Assembly: GCA_963788585.1 (NCBI GenBank)
Contig: CAWBHA010000006.1
Location: forward strand, 175,824-239,823
Reading direction: 5' to 3'
Length of the DNA: 64,000 bases
DNA from: an uncultured Acidimicrobiaceae bacterium
Lineage (GTDB): Bacteria > Actinomycetota > Acidimicrobiia > Acidimicrobiales > RAAP-2
Made by a program: the position numbers and the translations under genes. The notes under the pieces are model-generated. The model was not told where the DNA came from. It saw nothing but the letters and a program-made list of their open reading frames with translations, and searched no databases. Shown in pieces: positions 27,430-35,819 of the stretch (position 1 is its first letter; each line of letters begins with the position of its first letter).

Positions 27430-28938
27430 GTGACCGAGCTGATCGTGGCGGGTTCACGGGGGGCCGAGGAACTCGGAGAGCTGCTGCCTCAGACAGCCCT
27501 CGTCGCCTCGGGGCCAACGGTCACCGATCTCCTGAACGAGGCCCCCACCAGCAAGTTCCATCGACGTACAGTCATCATCTCGGGGGTCGGTTTCTTCACC
27601 GACGCCTACGACCTCTTCGTCATCGGGACAGTGGCCGCGCTCGTGGCCGTCCAGTGGCACCTCAGCACGCTGCAAACGAGTTGGGTCACCGGTGCAGCCA
27701 TTCTCGGCGCTTTCATTGGCGCCTTCGTCTTCGGTCGCATCGCGGACGTGATCGGTCGGAAGAAGGTCTACGTCACGGTAGCTGTGATCATGATCATCGG
27801 GGCGATCGCTTCGGCCTTGGCCCCCGACTTCCTCTTCTTGGTGGTCGCCCGGCTTGTTCTCGGCCTTGGCATCGGTGGTGACTATCCCGTGTCGGCCGTG
27901 TTCATGAGCGAGTACTCCAATCGCCATGACCGGGGCCGACTGGTTGGCTTGGTCTTCTCCATGCAAGCGCTGGGCCTCATCGTCGGCCCGCTGGTGGCCC
28001 TCTTGCTGCTGTCCTCCGGCATTGGAGACTCGCTGACTTGGCGCATCCTCTTGGGCCTCGGCGCCATTCCCGCCGCGGCTGTCGTGTACCTGCGCTCCAA
28101 GATGCCCGAGTCGCCCCGCTATCTGGCCCAGGTCCAAGGTGAGGACAACCGTGCCGCGAGCGAGCTGGAGCAATTCAGCGAGGGCGTGATCGCCGAAAGC
28201 GCCCGAGCCGAAACCGCCGCGGGCCGTATGCGGCTCGGCGCCTTCCTCACTGATCCGCACATGTTGAGACTGCTCCTCGGCACCGCGGGCGCGTGGTTTC
28301 TCTTCGACTACGCCTACTACGGCAACACCCTCTCACTGCCCGCCATCTTGAAGGAGGTGGACACCACGGCCAGCGTGGAGACGAAGCTGCTGTGGTCACT
28401 CGGGATGTTCGTGATCTTCGCCGTCCCTGGCTACCTGCTTGCGGTCAAGCGGATGGACCGCATCGGCCACCGCCGCCTGCAGTTCATCGGGTTCTCTGTG
28501 ATGGCAGCCTGCTTTGTCCTGCTGGCCGCTGTACCTCAGTTCACCCAGCGGGTCGCACCGTTCTTGGCCATCCTGGGACTCAGCTACTTCTTCATTCAGT
28601 TCGGGCCGAACATGACGACGTTCGTGCTGCCGTCTGAGGTTTTCCCCGTAAGTATGCGCACGACCGGACACGGTGTGGCAGCCGGAATCGGCAAGCTGGG
28701 CGCCTTCGTCGGGGTCTTCCTGGTTCCGGTTCTGCAAGACCATATTGGATTGCGCGGCCTACTCGCAGTCGCCGGAGTCTCCGCGGTGCTGGGCTTCGCC
28801 GTCACGGGCCTTCTGCCCGAACCGGCGGGACGAACCTTGGAAGATGTGGCCGACTACCGGTCTGATCCGACGACACCAGGACCTGTGCGAGTTGTCACCA
28901 CCGACGATTTGACGAACCGGGAATTAAAGACCGCATAG
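27430..28938 (+). CDS. MFS transporter (phosphate:H+ symporter / sugar-porter-like)
   Basis: GTG 27430 preceded by GGGAGGG. Motifs: FFTDAYDLFVIG, GRIADVIGRKKVY, LGLGIGGDYPVSAVFMSEYS, PESPRYL, and 12 TM-like segments. Confidence 0.8.
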   Translation: MTELIVAGSRGAEELGELLPQTALVASGPTVTDLLNEAPTSKFHRRTVIISGVGFFTDAYDLFVIGTVAALVAVQWHLSTLQTSWVTGAAILGAFIGAFVFGRIADVIGRKKVYVTVAVIMIIGAIASALAPDFLFLVVARLVLGLGIGGDYPVSAVFMSEYSNRHDRGRLVGLVFSMQALGLIVGPLVALLLLSSGIGDSLTWRILLGLGAIPAAAVVYLRSKMPESPRYLAQVQGEDNRAASELEQFSEGVIAESARAETAAGRMRLGAFLTDPHMLRLLLGTAGAWFLFDYAYYGNTLSLPAILKEVDTTASVETKLLWSLGMFVIFAVPGYLLAVKRMDRIGHRRLQFIGFSVMAACFVLLAAVPQFTQRVAPFLAILGLSYFFIQFGPNMTTFVLPSEVFPVSMRTTGHGVAAGIGKLGAFVGVFLVPVLQDHIGLRGLLAVAGVSAVLGFAVTGLLPEPAGRTLEDVADYRSDPTTPGPVRVVTTDDLTNRELKTA

Positions 28939-29028
28939 AAGCGAAACTGCCCGCAGTCGCATTTGATCGGTTGAAGTTGGGGACCCCATACGCCGGGTCC
29001 AGGCACACAGAAGTCATAGAGTTCTAGG

Positions 29029-29613
29029 GTGCGAATGAATTGGGCGGAGTCCATTTACATCAACAGTGGATTGCGAACCAAACGACTGCGGCGAAGCGTG
29101 ATCCCGAAGCTCGTCGCGCTGGGGGGCCGTACCGAGGGGCTCGATGTCCTCGACATCGGCTGTGGACCGGGTGAATGCGTAGCGGGAGAGATCGAGGATT
29201 TCGGCGCCAATCGCGTCACTGCGATCGACTTCGATCCGAAAATGGTGCGACGAGCCAGTGGTCGACTTGCCGAGTATGGAAATCGAGTGACCGTCGTAGA
29301 AGGTGACGTCACGAATCTTCCGTACGAGGACGGAGCGTTCGATGCAGTATTTAATTTCGCGGTGTTGCACCACGTGCCTGACTGGAAAGCAGGGCTACGA
29401 GAAATCGCTAGAGTTCTGAGGGTCGGTGGACGACTGTTCTCGCAGGATCATGACGTCGCCAATCATGATTGGCTGTCTCGTCATCTGTTCGAACACCCTC
29501 CGAATCGGTTCACGAACGTCGACTTTCTCGATCAAGTAACGAACGTCGGTCTGCGCCCGTTGGACGTAGACGACCGGCCCGGGCAGCTCCTGGTCGTTGC
29601 ACTCAAGCGCTGA
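29029..29613 (+). CDS. class I SAM-dependent methyltransferase
   Basis: VLDIGCGPGE (motif I), AIDFDPKMV, GDVTNLPYEDGAFDAVF, LRVGGRLF. Confidence 0.8.
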   Translation: MRMNWAESIYINSGLRTKRLRRSVIPKLVALGGRTEGLDVLDIGCGPGECVAGEIEDFGANRVTAIDFDPKMVRRASGRLAEYGNRVTVVEGDVTNLPYEDGAFDAVFNFAVLHHVPDWKAGLREIARVLRVGGRLFSQDHDVANHDWLSRHLFEHPPNRFTNVDFLDQVTNVGLRPLDVDDRPGQLLVVALKR

Positions 29614-29666
29614 CGAGTTCTCCAACCAGTACCGGGTACCCCCTGCCGCCGGCTCGGTGTTACTCC

Positions 29667-30131
29667 TTATCGGGTTGGTGCCCTCCAGAAGAATTCGAGT
29701 TGGATGTTGTCGGGGTCGCGAAAGGTGAGCATGGCGTTCCGGGTGTACCCGGGCTCCTTGACTCCTGAGTGCGGGATCCCGAGCTCGTTCAACCGCTCCG
29801 CCCACTCGTTGAGGTCTTCTCGGCGATCAACCAAGAACTCCAGGTGATCGAGCCCCGTACGGAACTCGCTGAACGGTTCGCCGGAGTACTCCTGGTGACC
29901 GACGAGGGCGAGGACGAACTGGCTTTCGGGGTCCACCAGAGCGACGTAATGCAACCGACCGTCTTCACCTGCGTAGTCGTAGAGCACTTGGAGGCCCAGG
30001 AGCTCTGAATACCAGGCTGCACTCGTCGCGGGATCACCGACGGTCAGATTGACCTCGACGCGGCCAGAGATCGACGGCACAGACCGGAGTCTGTCAGCTC
30101 CTCCCAGAGCCCGGAAGCGGTGCTGCCCCAC
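29667..30131 (-). CDS. VOC (glyoxalase/bleomycin-resistance/dioxygenase) family protein
   Basis: 154 aa: VNLTVGDPATSAAWYSELLGL...GLDHLEFLV..DLNEWAERLNELGIPHSGV..LTFRDPDNIQLEFF. Confidence 0.8.
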   Translation of the reverse strand: MGQHRFRALGGADRLRSVPSISGRVEVNLTVGDPATSAAWYSELLGLQVLYDYAGEDGRLHYVALVDPESQFVLALVGHQEYSGEPFSEFRTGLDHLEFLVDRREDLNEWAERLNELGIPHSGVKEPGYTRNAMLTFRDPDNIQLEFFWRAPTR

Positions 30132-30233
30132 TTCATTGATACTTCTCTGGTTCCTTCATGAGGGTCGCCACCGTGGCGGCGTAGTCCGTCCACGACGTCT
30201 CGAGGTAGTCCTTCCACTCGTCCGGCATGGCCA

Positions 30234-31172
30234 TTAGATCCGGTCCCCAAGTGAAAGCCGCTTCGACGCCGCGTGGGCTCGCTCCACCTGGGCCGATTTT
30301 GCGTAGACATCGAGCATTGTGCGGGAGCGCCAGCCCGCCAGCGCCATTAGGTCGCCCTCGTTGCCGCCTTCGGCCAGCCAGGTATGGGCGAAGGTGTGCC
30401 TCAGTTGGTGCCAGTGCAGCCGGGGTACCCCTGCGTCATCGCACATACGGTGCAGCACGTCGGTGACCCCACTGGTCGACATACGGCCCTGTCGCCCGAC
30501 CCAGAGCAGCAGATCGTCACCTACCGCCTCTGGACGCTCCCGTTCGAGCTGACGCAGGTAGCGGTCAACTGCTGCCGCCGTCTTGGCGCCGTAGACGACC
30601 GCCCGGACGCGGTTTCCCTTGCCTCGTACAGCCGCCGTCTGTCGTCCCAGGTCGATGTCGCCCTGCCGGAGGTTCGTCACCTCGGACAAACGGCAGCCTG
30701 TGTCGAGAAACACCCGCAGAATGGCTGAGTCGCGGCGGTCGTTGAGGGAGGTACCCGAACGCGCCTGGAGCAATCGCTTCAGGGTGTCGTCCGGGACGAT
30801 GGCCGGCGGCTCCCGCTCGAAAGCAGGCGCCCGCATACCCGCCATCGGTGAGAGCTCGAGCTCTTCCTCCTCGACGCAGTGCCGGAAGAACTGCTGCAGA
30901 GACTTGTACCGGACTAGGGCTGTGGCGGGTGAGTTCTTCTCGCCCTGTTCAGCCACGAAGTCCCGGATGTCGTCTCGGGACACGTCGACGGTGAGGTCGT
31001 GGCCGCGCGCCTTGAGGAAGTCGCCCAGCAGACGGACGCTCAGGGTGTAGCTGTAGACGGTCTTCTCGCTCTTGCCCTCGGCCCTCAGCGTGCGTGCGAG
31101 GGAGTCGGACATCCGGGAGATGCTGACCTTGCGAACGGACGTAGCTCGTCGTGCCATGCCCAAGTTATACAC
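30234..31172 (-). CDS. tyrosine recombinase / phage-type integrase
   Basis: 312-aa ORF (alternative ATG 31157). N-terminal SAM-like core-binding domain. Catalytic-domain motifs: DTGCRLSEVTNLRQGDID, GKGNRVRAV, HQLRHTFAHTWLAEGGNEGDLMALAGWRSRTMLDVYA (R..HxxR..Y). Starts ~55-70 bp from the 3' end of tRNA-Pro. Confidence 0.85.
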   Translation of the reverse strand: MYNLGMARRATSVRKVSISRMSDSLARTLRAEGKSEKTVYSYTLSVRLLGDFLKARGHDLTVDVSRDDIRDFVAEQGEKNSPATALVRYKSLQQFFRHCVEEEELELSPMAGMRAPAFEREPPAIVPDDTLKRLLQARSGTSLNDRRDSAILRVFLDTGCRLSEVTNLRQGDIDLGRQTAAVRGKGNRVRAVVYGAKTAAAVDRYLRQLERERPEAVGDDLLLWVGRQGRMSTSGVTDVLHRMCDDAGVPRLHWHQLRHTFAHTWLAEGGNEGDLMALAGWRSRTMLDVYAKSAQVERAHAASKRLSLGDRI

Positions 31173-31225
31173 AGTTGGAGCATTGTGCCCGCGGATCTCG
31201 GTGAGTTATCTAGCAGAACCCCTGG

Positions 31226-31303
31226 TGGTCGGGCTGCCGGGATTTGAACCCGGGACCTCTTGACCCCCAGTCAAGCGCGCTAACCAAGCTGCGCCACAGC
31301 CCG
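31226..31303 (-). tRNA. tRNA-Pro (anticodon GGG), CCA encoded
   Basis: Manual cloverleaf. Acceptor CGGGCTG/CAGCCCG, D stem GCGC/GCGC, anticodon stem CTTGA/TCAAG with loop CTGGGGG, T stem CCGGG/CCCGG with loop TTCAAAT, discriminator A plus CCA. Confidence 0.85.
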
Positions 31304-31429
31304 TTTCCTGCTCAGAGCCACAACCCTGCCGGTGATCCCGAGCCGAAAAATGGTCACTTGCTAACGCCTTGCTAACACGGCATTCCAACCGACCATCGGA
31401 CAGGCTACTCAGTTCCGCGGGCAACTCCC

Positions 31430-31736
31430 TTACGCCACCGACCGGCGCAGCACCCGCCTGCCCTGAGTAGACAAGCCGCCCCAGACCCCGGCGGTGAGCG
31501 GATCAGCCAGCGCCGCATCGAGGCACTCCACTCCTGACGGACCTCACAGCCCTCGCAGACGACCGTGGCGGCGCTGCGCGACGAACCTCGCTCAGGGAAG
31601 AACGACGTCGTGCCCATCGCATCCCTCGGCAGGCGGCCTGACGGTGCCACGCCGGCCGGTTGATCAACTCAGCGAGAACGGCGTCGACGTCGGGAGCGTC
31701 GCGCGCCATGAGCCATTTGATCTCGAGCTCGTTCAT
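31430..31736 (-). pseudogene. WhiB-like gene, copy b, full length but two frame disruptions
   Basis: Read in three frames: MNELEIKWLMARDAPDVDAVLAELINRPAWHRQAACRG | ..GTTSFFPERGSSRSAATVVCEGCEVRQ | ECLDAALADPLTAGVWGGLSTQGRRVLRRSVA*. The second shift is a 5-bp tandem duplication CACTC-CACTC at 31524-31533 inside the CxxC-x5-C motif. Confidence 0.65.
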
Positions 31737-31927
31737 GCGGATCCCACGGTAGAGCCGAGGTGTTCGCCTGCGGCGGATCTGGGCGAACTGCTCAGCGTTG
31801 TCGGGCCATTGTCTTGGTTCAGTCCGGTCGGCTCTACACCACGGGGGCTCGGATCGTCAGGGTCATGACCGAGAGGTGGTTACGGCTGACGGCGGTCCCT
31901 CTGTCGTCGCTGCCTCTCGCCACTATT
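31680..31927. repeat. 248-bp segment perfectly identical to 25404..25651
   Basis: See partner repeat. Identity ends at 31928 (G versus A), after which the copies are similar but not identical through 32169. Confidence 0.85.
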
Positions 31928-32169
31928 GCCGTCGCACTGTGACCTTCACGCCGAAACCGGGCGACCTTTGCCCCGGCTTCATCGTCGACCACACGCGGTG
32001 CTGGGCCATGGTCTATAGCCGCCAGCTCCAGGCGACACACTGCGCCGAGACGCCGTGTTGGACCGGGCGGTGGTTCTCCCCTACTGGTGACCGCTGGTGG
32101 CGGGTGTGGGCGTGTCCGGATCACCTCGAGGGGCTGACGGGGCTCAGGGAGTTTGGCCGGCGGCGCTAA
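31865..32169 (+). pseudogene. Trp/Cys/His-rich small-protein gene, copy b (1-nt deletion)
   Basis: Same ATG context as copy a. GCACTGTGACC here versus GCATCGGTGACC in copy a creates a TGA. Downstream frame reads ..VTFTPKPGDLCPGFIVDHTRCWAMVYSRQLQATHCAETPCWTGRWFSPTGDRWWRVWACPDHLEGLTGLREFGRRR. Confidence 0.6.
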
Positions 32170-32272
32170 CGAGTGGGCATCTGGACTTGAGGACGCAGCA
32201 CTTCGGAGGCACTCCCCGCCCGACCGACGGTTAGGAATCGGGAGGGACCTGGGCTCTGCGCGCTATTGAATT

Positions 32273-32309
32273 CCTATCACTGATAGGCAATACTCCTATC
32301 AGTGATAGG
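32273..32309. promoter_or_regulatory. two tandem 15-bp perfect palindromes resembling tetO (CCTATCA-N-TGATAGG)
   Basis: O1 CCTATCACTGATAGG at 32273-32287 and O2 CCTATCAGTGATAGG at 32295-32309, centres 22 bp apart. O2 contains the GTG start of the TetR-family gene. Confidence 0.6.
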
Positions 32310-32883
32310 GAACGAAGCACCGAACCGACACGAAGCGAAGGCCGCCGCCATCCTGGACGCGGCCTGGGTCCTCGCCCGAGAGCACGGCATCGCCGGCGTC
32401 TCGTTGCGGCAGCTCGCGGGGCGGGTCGAGATGCGTCAACCGTCGCTCTACGAGTACTTCGCCTCGAAGAGCGCGCTTTACGACGCCATGTTCGCCGACG
32501 GCAACCGCCAGCTCCTGGAGCGCATCAAGTCTCTCGACCTGCCCGCCGATCCGCGCAGTGCGCTCAAGCTTCTCGTGAGGTCCTGGTTGGACTTCGCGAT
32601 GGAGGACATGGCCCGCTGCGAGCTGCTCTTTCAGCGGCACCTTCCTGGCTTCACCCCGTCCCCCGAGTCTTACGCGCTCGCTGAAGATGCGCTCATGGCG
32701 CTCGGCGAGCTGGCCGAGGCCGCCGGGGTCACCGAACCCGGTGATATCGACTGCATCGTGGCAGTCGCCGGCGGACTCCTGGATGCCCAGATGGCGAACG
32801 ACCCGACCGGTGATCGCTGGATCCGCCACCTCAACCGACTCATCGATCTCTTAGTAGATGACGCACTGCAAAGGAGCAAGTGA
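32302..32883 (+). CDS. TetR/AcrR-family transcriptional regulator
   Basis: 193 aa with HTH GIAGVSLRQLAGRVEMRQPSLYEYFASKSALYDAMF. Its stop overlaps the next gene's start (GTGATGATG). Confidence 0.85.
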   Translation: MIGNEAPNRHEAKAAAILDAAWVLAREHGIAGVSLRQLAGRVEMRQPSLYEYFASKSALYDAMFADGNRQLLERIKSLDLPADPRSALKLLVRSWLDFAMEDMARCELLFQRHLPGFTPSPESYALAEDALMALGELAEAAGVTEPGDIDCIVAVAGGLLDAQMANDPTGDRWIRHLNRLIDLLVDDALQRSK

Positions 32884-33350
32884 TGATGCAGACCTTCGAC
32901 CACGACGAAGTCCGCCTCGTGATGAAGGCGACACCCGAAGACATCTACGACGTGATCGCTGATGTCACCCGAATGCCGGAGCTGAGCCCAGAGGTCGTCG
33001 AGTGCCGGTGGCTCGATGGGGCAACCGGCCCGGAAGTGGGAGCTCGATTCGCAGCCGCAACAAGTTCACGCGAGGTCCCGTAGTCGGCAACAAACCCGAG
33101 ATTACGGCGGTCGACCCTGGGCGTCGCATCGCGTGGAGCCGAACCGAGCCCTTCGGCGGCACCGTCGAGTGGACCTACGAGTTCCTACCCCACCCCGCCG
33201 GCACGGAGGTGGTCGAGTCGTACTGGGCGATCAAGCCGGTAAGCCGGATCGGCTGGCTCATCATCGGCACCTTCTCCAGCAAGGACCGGCAGAGCCTCCA
33301 GCGGACTGGGATGGCGGAGACACTTGAGCGCCTCCGCGACGTCGTCGAAC
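32880..33350 (+). pseudogene. SRPBCC (polyketide cyclase/dehydrase-like) ligand-binding protein, frame-shifted
   Basis: MMMQTFDHDEVRLVMKATPEDIYDVIADVTRMPELSPEVVECRWLDG..GARF, then after a frame change near 33050 ..NKPEITAVDPGRRIAWSRTEPFGGTVEWTYEFLPHPAGTEVVESYW..MAETLERLRDVVE. The ORF tail reads into the IS110 remnant. Confidence 0.6.
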
Positions 33351-33359
33351 CAGGACGCG

Positions 33360-33722
33360 GGAAGTCCCGAAACCGGCTGTTCTCGTGCCCCCTAATGGCA
33401 GCGGATCGGTCTTGACGAAAGACTGATCTCCGAGCCGCCGGTTGGGCAGCACTGTTGTCCCCCGGACCTTGAGTCCTAGCGTTAGATCGTGCCCCGATCG
33501 GTCGGTGAGGAGCCTGACGGCTGTTGGGGTGTCGTGCCTAGAGCACGCGATCGGTCTGAAGTCGCTCAACCACCCCAGCAGCAACTTGTAGCCGCGCTCG
33601 GTGGTGGTGAAGCTCTCGACGCCGAGCAGGGTGCCCCGCTCGTCTAAAGCAGCAGCTACATGGACGTCGAGGTGTGTATCGACGCCGGCGGTGATGCTCC
33701 GTGCCAAAGTGGTCACTGTCAT
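33360..33722 (-). mobile_element. IS110-family transposase, degenerate N-terminal remnant
   Basis: MTVTTLARSITAGVDTHLDVHVAAALDERGTLLGVESFTTTERGYKLLLGWL (DEDD/RuvC-like N-terminal signature). Downstream only traces remain (LTDRSGHD, LPNRRL, KTDPL). No C-terminal catalytic Ser domain. Confidence 0.6.
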
Positions 33723-33767
33723 CCCTTCGTTGGTTTGGGTTTTGGGGTGACACCGCACCGAGTGGAA

Positions 33768-33865
33768 CGACGGACAGGACAGCGACGGGCCTGTTTCAGG
33801 CAGGCTCCTATGAGGTCACTCCGTCCGACCGGCAGGTGTCGAGTGGGTGACCGGGCCAGGCCGAC
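33768..33865 (-). mobile_element. 5' non-coding region of the IS110 remnant (candidate guide/bridge-RNA region)
   Basis: Immediately upstream of the transposase ATG. Homologous to 24641..24735. Conserved inverted pair GGTCAC...GTGACC in both copies, and a local hairpin GCCTG-AAA-CAGGC in this copy. Confidence 0.4.
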
Positions 33866-34011
33866 GAATCGAACGAAAGACAGTCCCAAGGGACGTCAGC
33901 CGGTTTGCTGGAGTCAGACCTGGCCTGGGCACCCACCCACACGCTGATCGATCCATTCACGAAAGTGGCGGATCATCGAGCGGCCGCTTCAATCCTCGCT
34001 GCCGGTTAGGG

Positions 34012-34081
34012 GCGCACCGTCACGGACCATCTGGACCGGCTGACGGGACTGCGGGAGTTCGGCCGACGGCTTCCTCAGTAG
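34012..34081 (+). pseudogene. last ~70 nt of the Trp/Cys/His-rich small-protein gene, copy d
   Basis: ..PDHLDRLTGLREFGRRLPQ* aligns with the C-terminus ..CPDHLEGLTGLREFGRRR* of copies a and b. Confidence 0.5.
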
Positions 34082-34191
34082 GGCGCGAACCGACCCACAA
34101 AGAAAAGGGTCGACTCGCCCACCTGGTCCCCGTCGAGCAGCTTGGCGTTCCACTCAGACGCCGCCCTTTGTTCCGCAGGCGGTAGTGCGAA

Positions 34192-34470
34192 TGACGGACG
34201 GCGCCTTTCGGGCCCACTCCCGGTGGCCTTCGCAGTTTGCCAGTTCACGAGATCGGGCGCCACAGAGCATTCTCAGGCGTTAGGACCGTGGACCTGGGCC
34301 CTCAGTCCGTTGTGTTTCCGTTGTTTTGGCTGCAGCCTCGGCGGGTACTCAAGGAGCAGGGTTCGGCACGGTGGCCCCACCTCCAACGACCGAACCCATC
34401 GGGCGACGGCCCCCGGGTCTCTCGTCACCGCGCACCCGGGGGCTGGTTCGCGTGTGTTCCCAGGTTCGTC
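34192..34470 (+). repeat. conserved non-coding element downstream of the small-protein gene (copy d)
   Basis: Partner of 18267..18475. Core begins at 34317. Hairpin GCCCCCGGGT (34409-34418) / ACCCGGGGGC (34434-34443). Confidence 0.5.
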
Positions 34471-35109
34471 TCGAGTATCAACGGACGCGGAGCGGCCCAG
34501 CCAGGAAATGGACTCACTGACGGGGCCGGCTCCTAGGGTGCACATTGCTCAACTGGCTGGTGGGCCGAAGTCGAGCATGGACAATGTGTCCGGGCCGCCA
34601 AGCATTCCGGACACACCGCTTCCGAGTGCCAGACGGGCGTTCCGATGCAGGTGGAGCAGTGAATTGTCTAATTTGATTAATCTCGATGGGTTATGTCAGG
34701 ATTTGTCCGGGTCCGGACTCCTGGCCGATGGAAACTCACCCCCCTTTTGGTCGGATGGTCCAGCCCGCATTGTGCGACGCGAGCGGCCCGGGACCCCAAC
34801 CCCCGGGCCGCTCCGCGCGCACCTTGGCCCGACGCCCGCAAGGAAGAGCAGCCAACGCCAGCCTGGGCCGGCAGAGGGAAGCCCGGACCCGCTGCGTCAC
34901 AGGGCGTCCTCCGAAAGGAGGCAGAGGAACGCCGTACGGATTATGCGGCGGTGCCGAGGGCTCCAACCAAACCCGATGAACGGCAACGAGACACGCGTCG
35001 CGCGGCTCCCCTCCTTGGATCGCAACCAAGTCTGACACCCGGCCGTTGGAACGCGGAGCTCCTGGCTCAGCAGCTGCGGCAGCCTCCGACATGATGGGCG
35101 GCCGAGGAG

Positions 35110-35658
35110 GTGGCCTTGAGCTTCGAGAAAACGCTCGTCACGACACGCTTAGAGGTGCGGCCGCCTCGTGAAACGGACCGCGTCCGCTTTACCGAATTCT
35201 TCCGCAGCGACGCATTCATGGTGTTCTCGACCGGAGCAGTGACCGAGGAGGCCGCCAACAGGCGTTTCGATCACATGCTCGCCATGTGCGAGAACATTCC
35301 GTTTTCGAAGCAGCCCATCATTGAGCGGGCCTCAGGCGTCGTCGTCGGCTATACGGGCGTCGATTACTTCGCCCTCGAGGGTGAGCAACGTCTCGAGTGG
35401 GGGTACCGACTGGTGCCTGAGCGGCGAGGATTGGGATACGCGACCGAGGCAAGCCAAGCCCTCCTCGCCCGCGCGAGTCAAACGTTTTCGGGCGAATTGC
35501 TTGCGATCATCGACCCAGCCAACCATGCCTCCCAGAACGTCTGTCGGAAGCTTGGCTTCGCCTTCCTGAAGCAGGCGCCCGTGGATGGGGACGTTCGGAA
35601 CCTCTACAGCCTTGCCATCGGCAACACGGGTCCGCCGACAAGCGTCCAAGCGCCGTAA
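35110..35658 (+). CDS. GNAT-family N-acetyltransferase
   Basis: 182 aa: LEVRPPRETDRVRFTEFF..., WGYRLVPERRGLGYATEASQALL..., NHASQNVCRKLGF. Confidence 0.8.
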   Translation: MALSFEKTLVTTRLEVRPPRETDRVRFTEFFRSDAFMVFSTGAVTEEAANRRFDHMLAMCENIPFSKQPIIERASGVVVGYTGVDYFALEGEQRLEWGYRLVPERRGLGYATEASQALLARASQTFSGELLAIIDPANHASQNVCRKLGFAFLKQAPVDGDVRNLYSLAIGNTGPPTSVQAP

Positions 35659-35819
35659 TCCCTGAGCCCGAAGAGGCGGTCCTCCCCAGTACGCAGGATC
35701 GAAGATGCGAACCTGCGCTGTGATCCTCCGTAGCGCGCGAGAACTCACGACACACCGGGTCGGTGCGAAGAATGCCCCAGACCGCCGTTTGCATCAACAG
35801 AGAAACCCTTCGCGTTCAG

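Noticed and set aside
34181-35100. Group II intron. A GTGCG sequence occurs at about 34186, with GNRA-capped hairpins downstream.
   Set aside because: There is no reverse-transcriptase ORF, and no recognisable domain V (GAGCCGUAU...ACGUACGGUUC hairpin with AGC triad and bulge). The CCGTACGG-containing hairpin at 34.93 kb does not fit it. The GTGCG is not conserved in the homologous copy at 18.26 kb.
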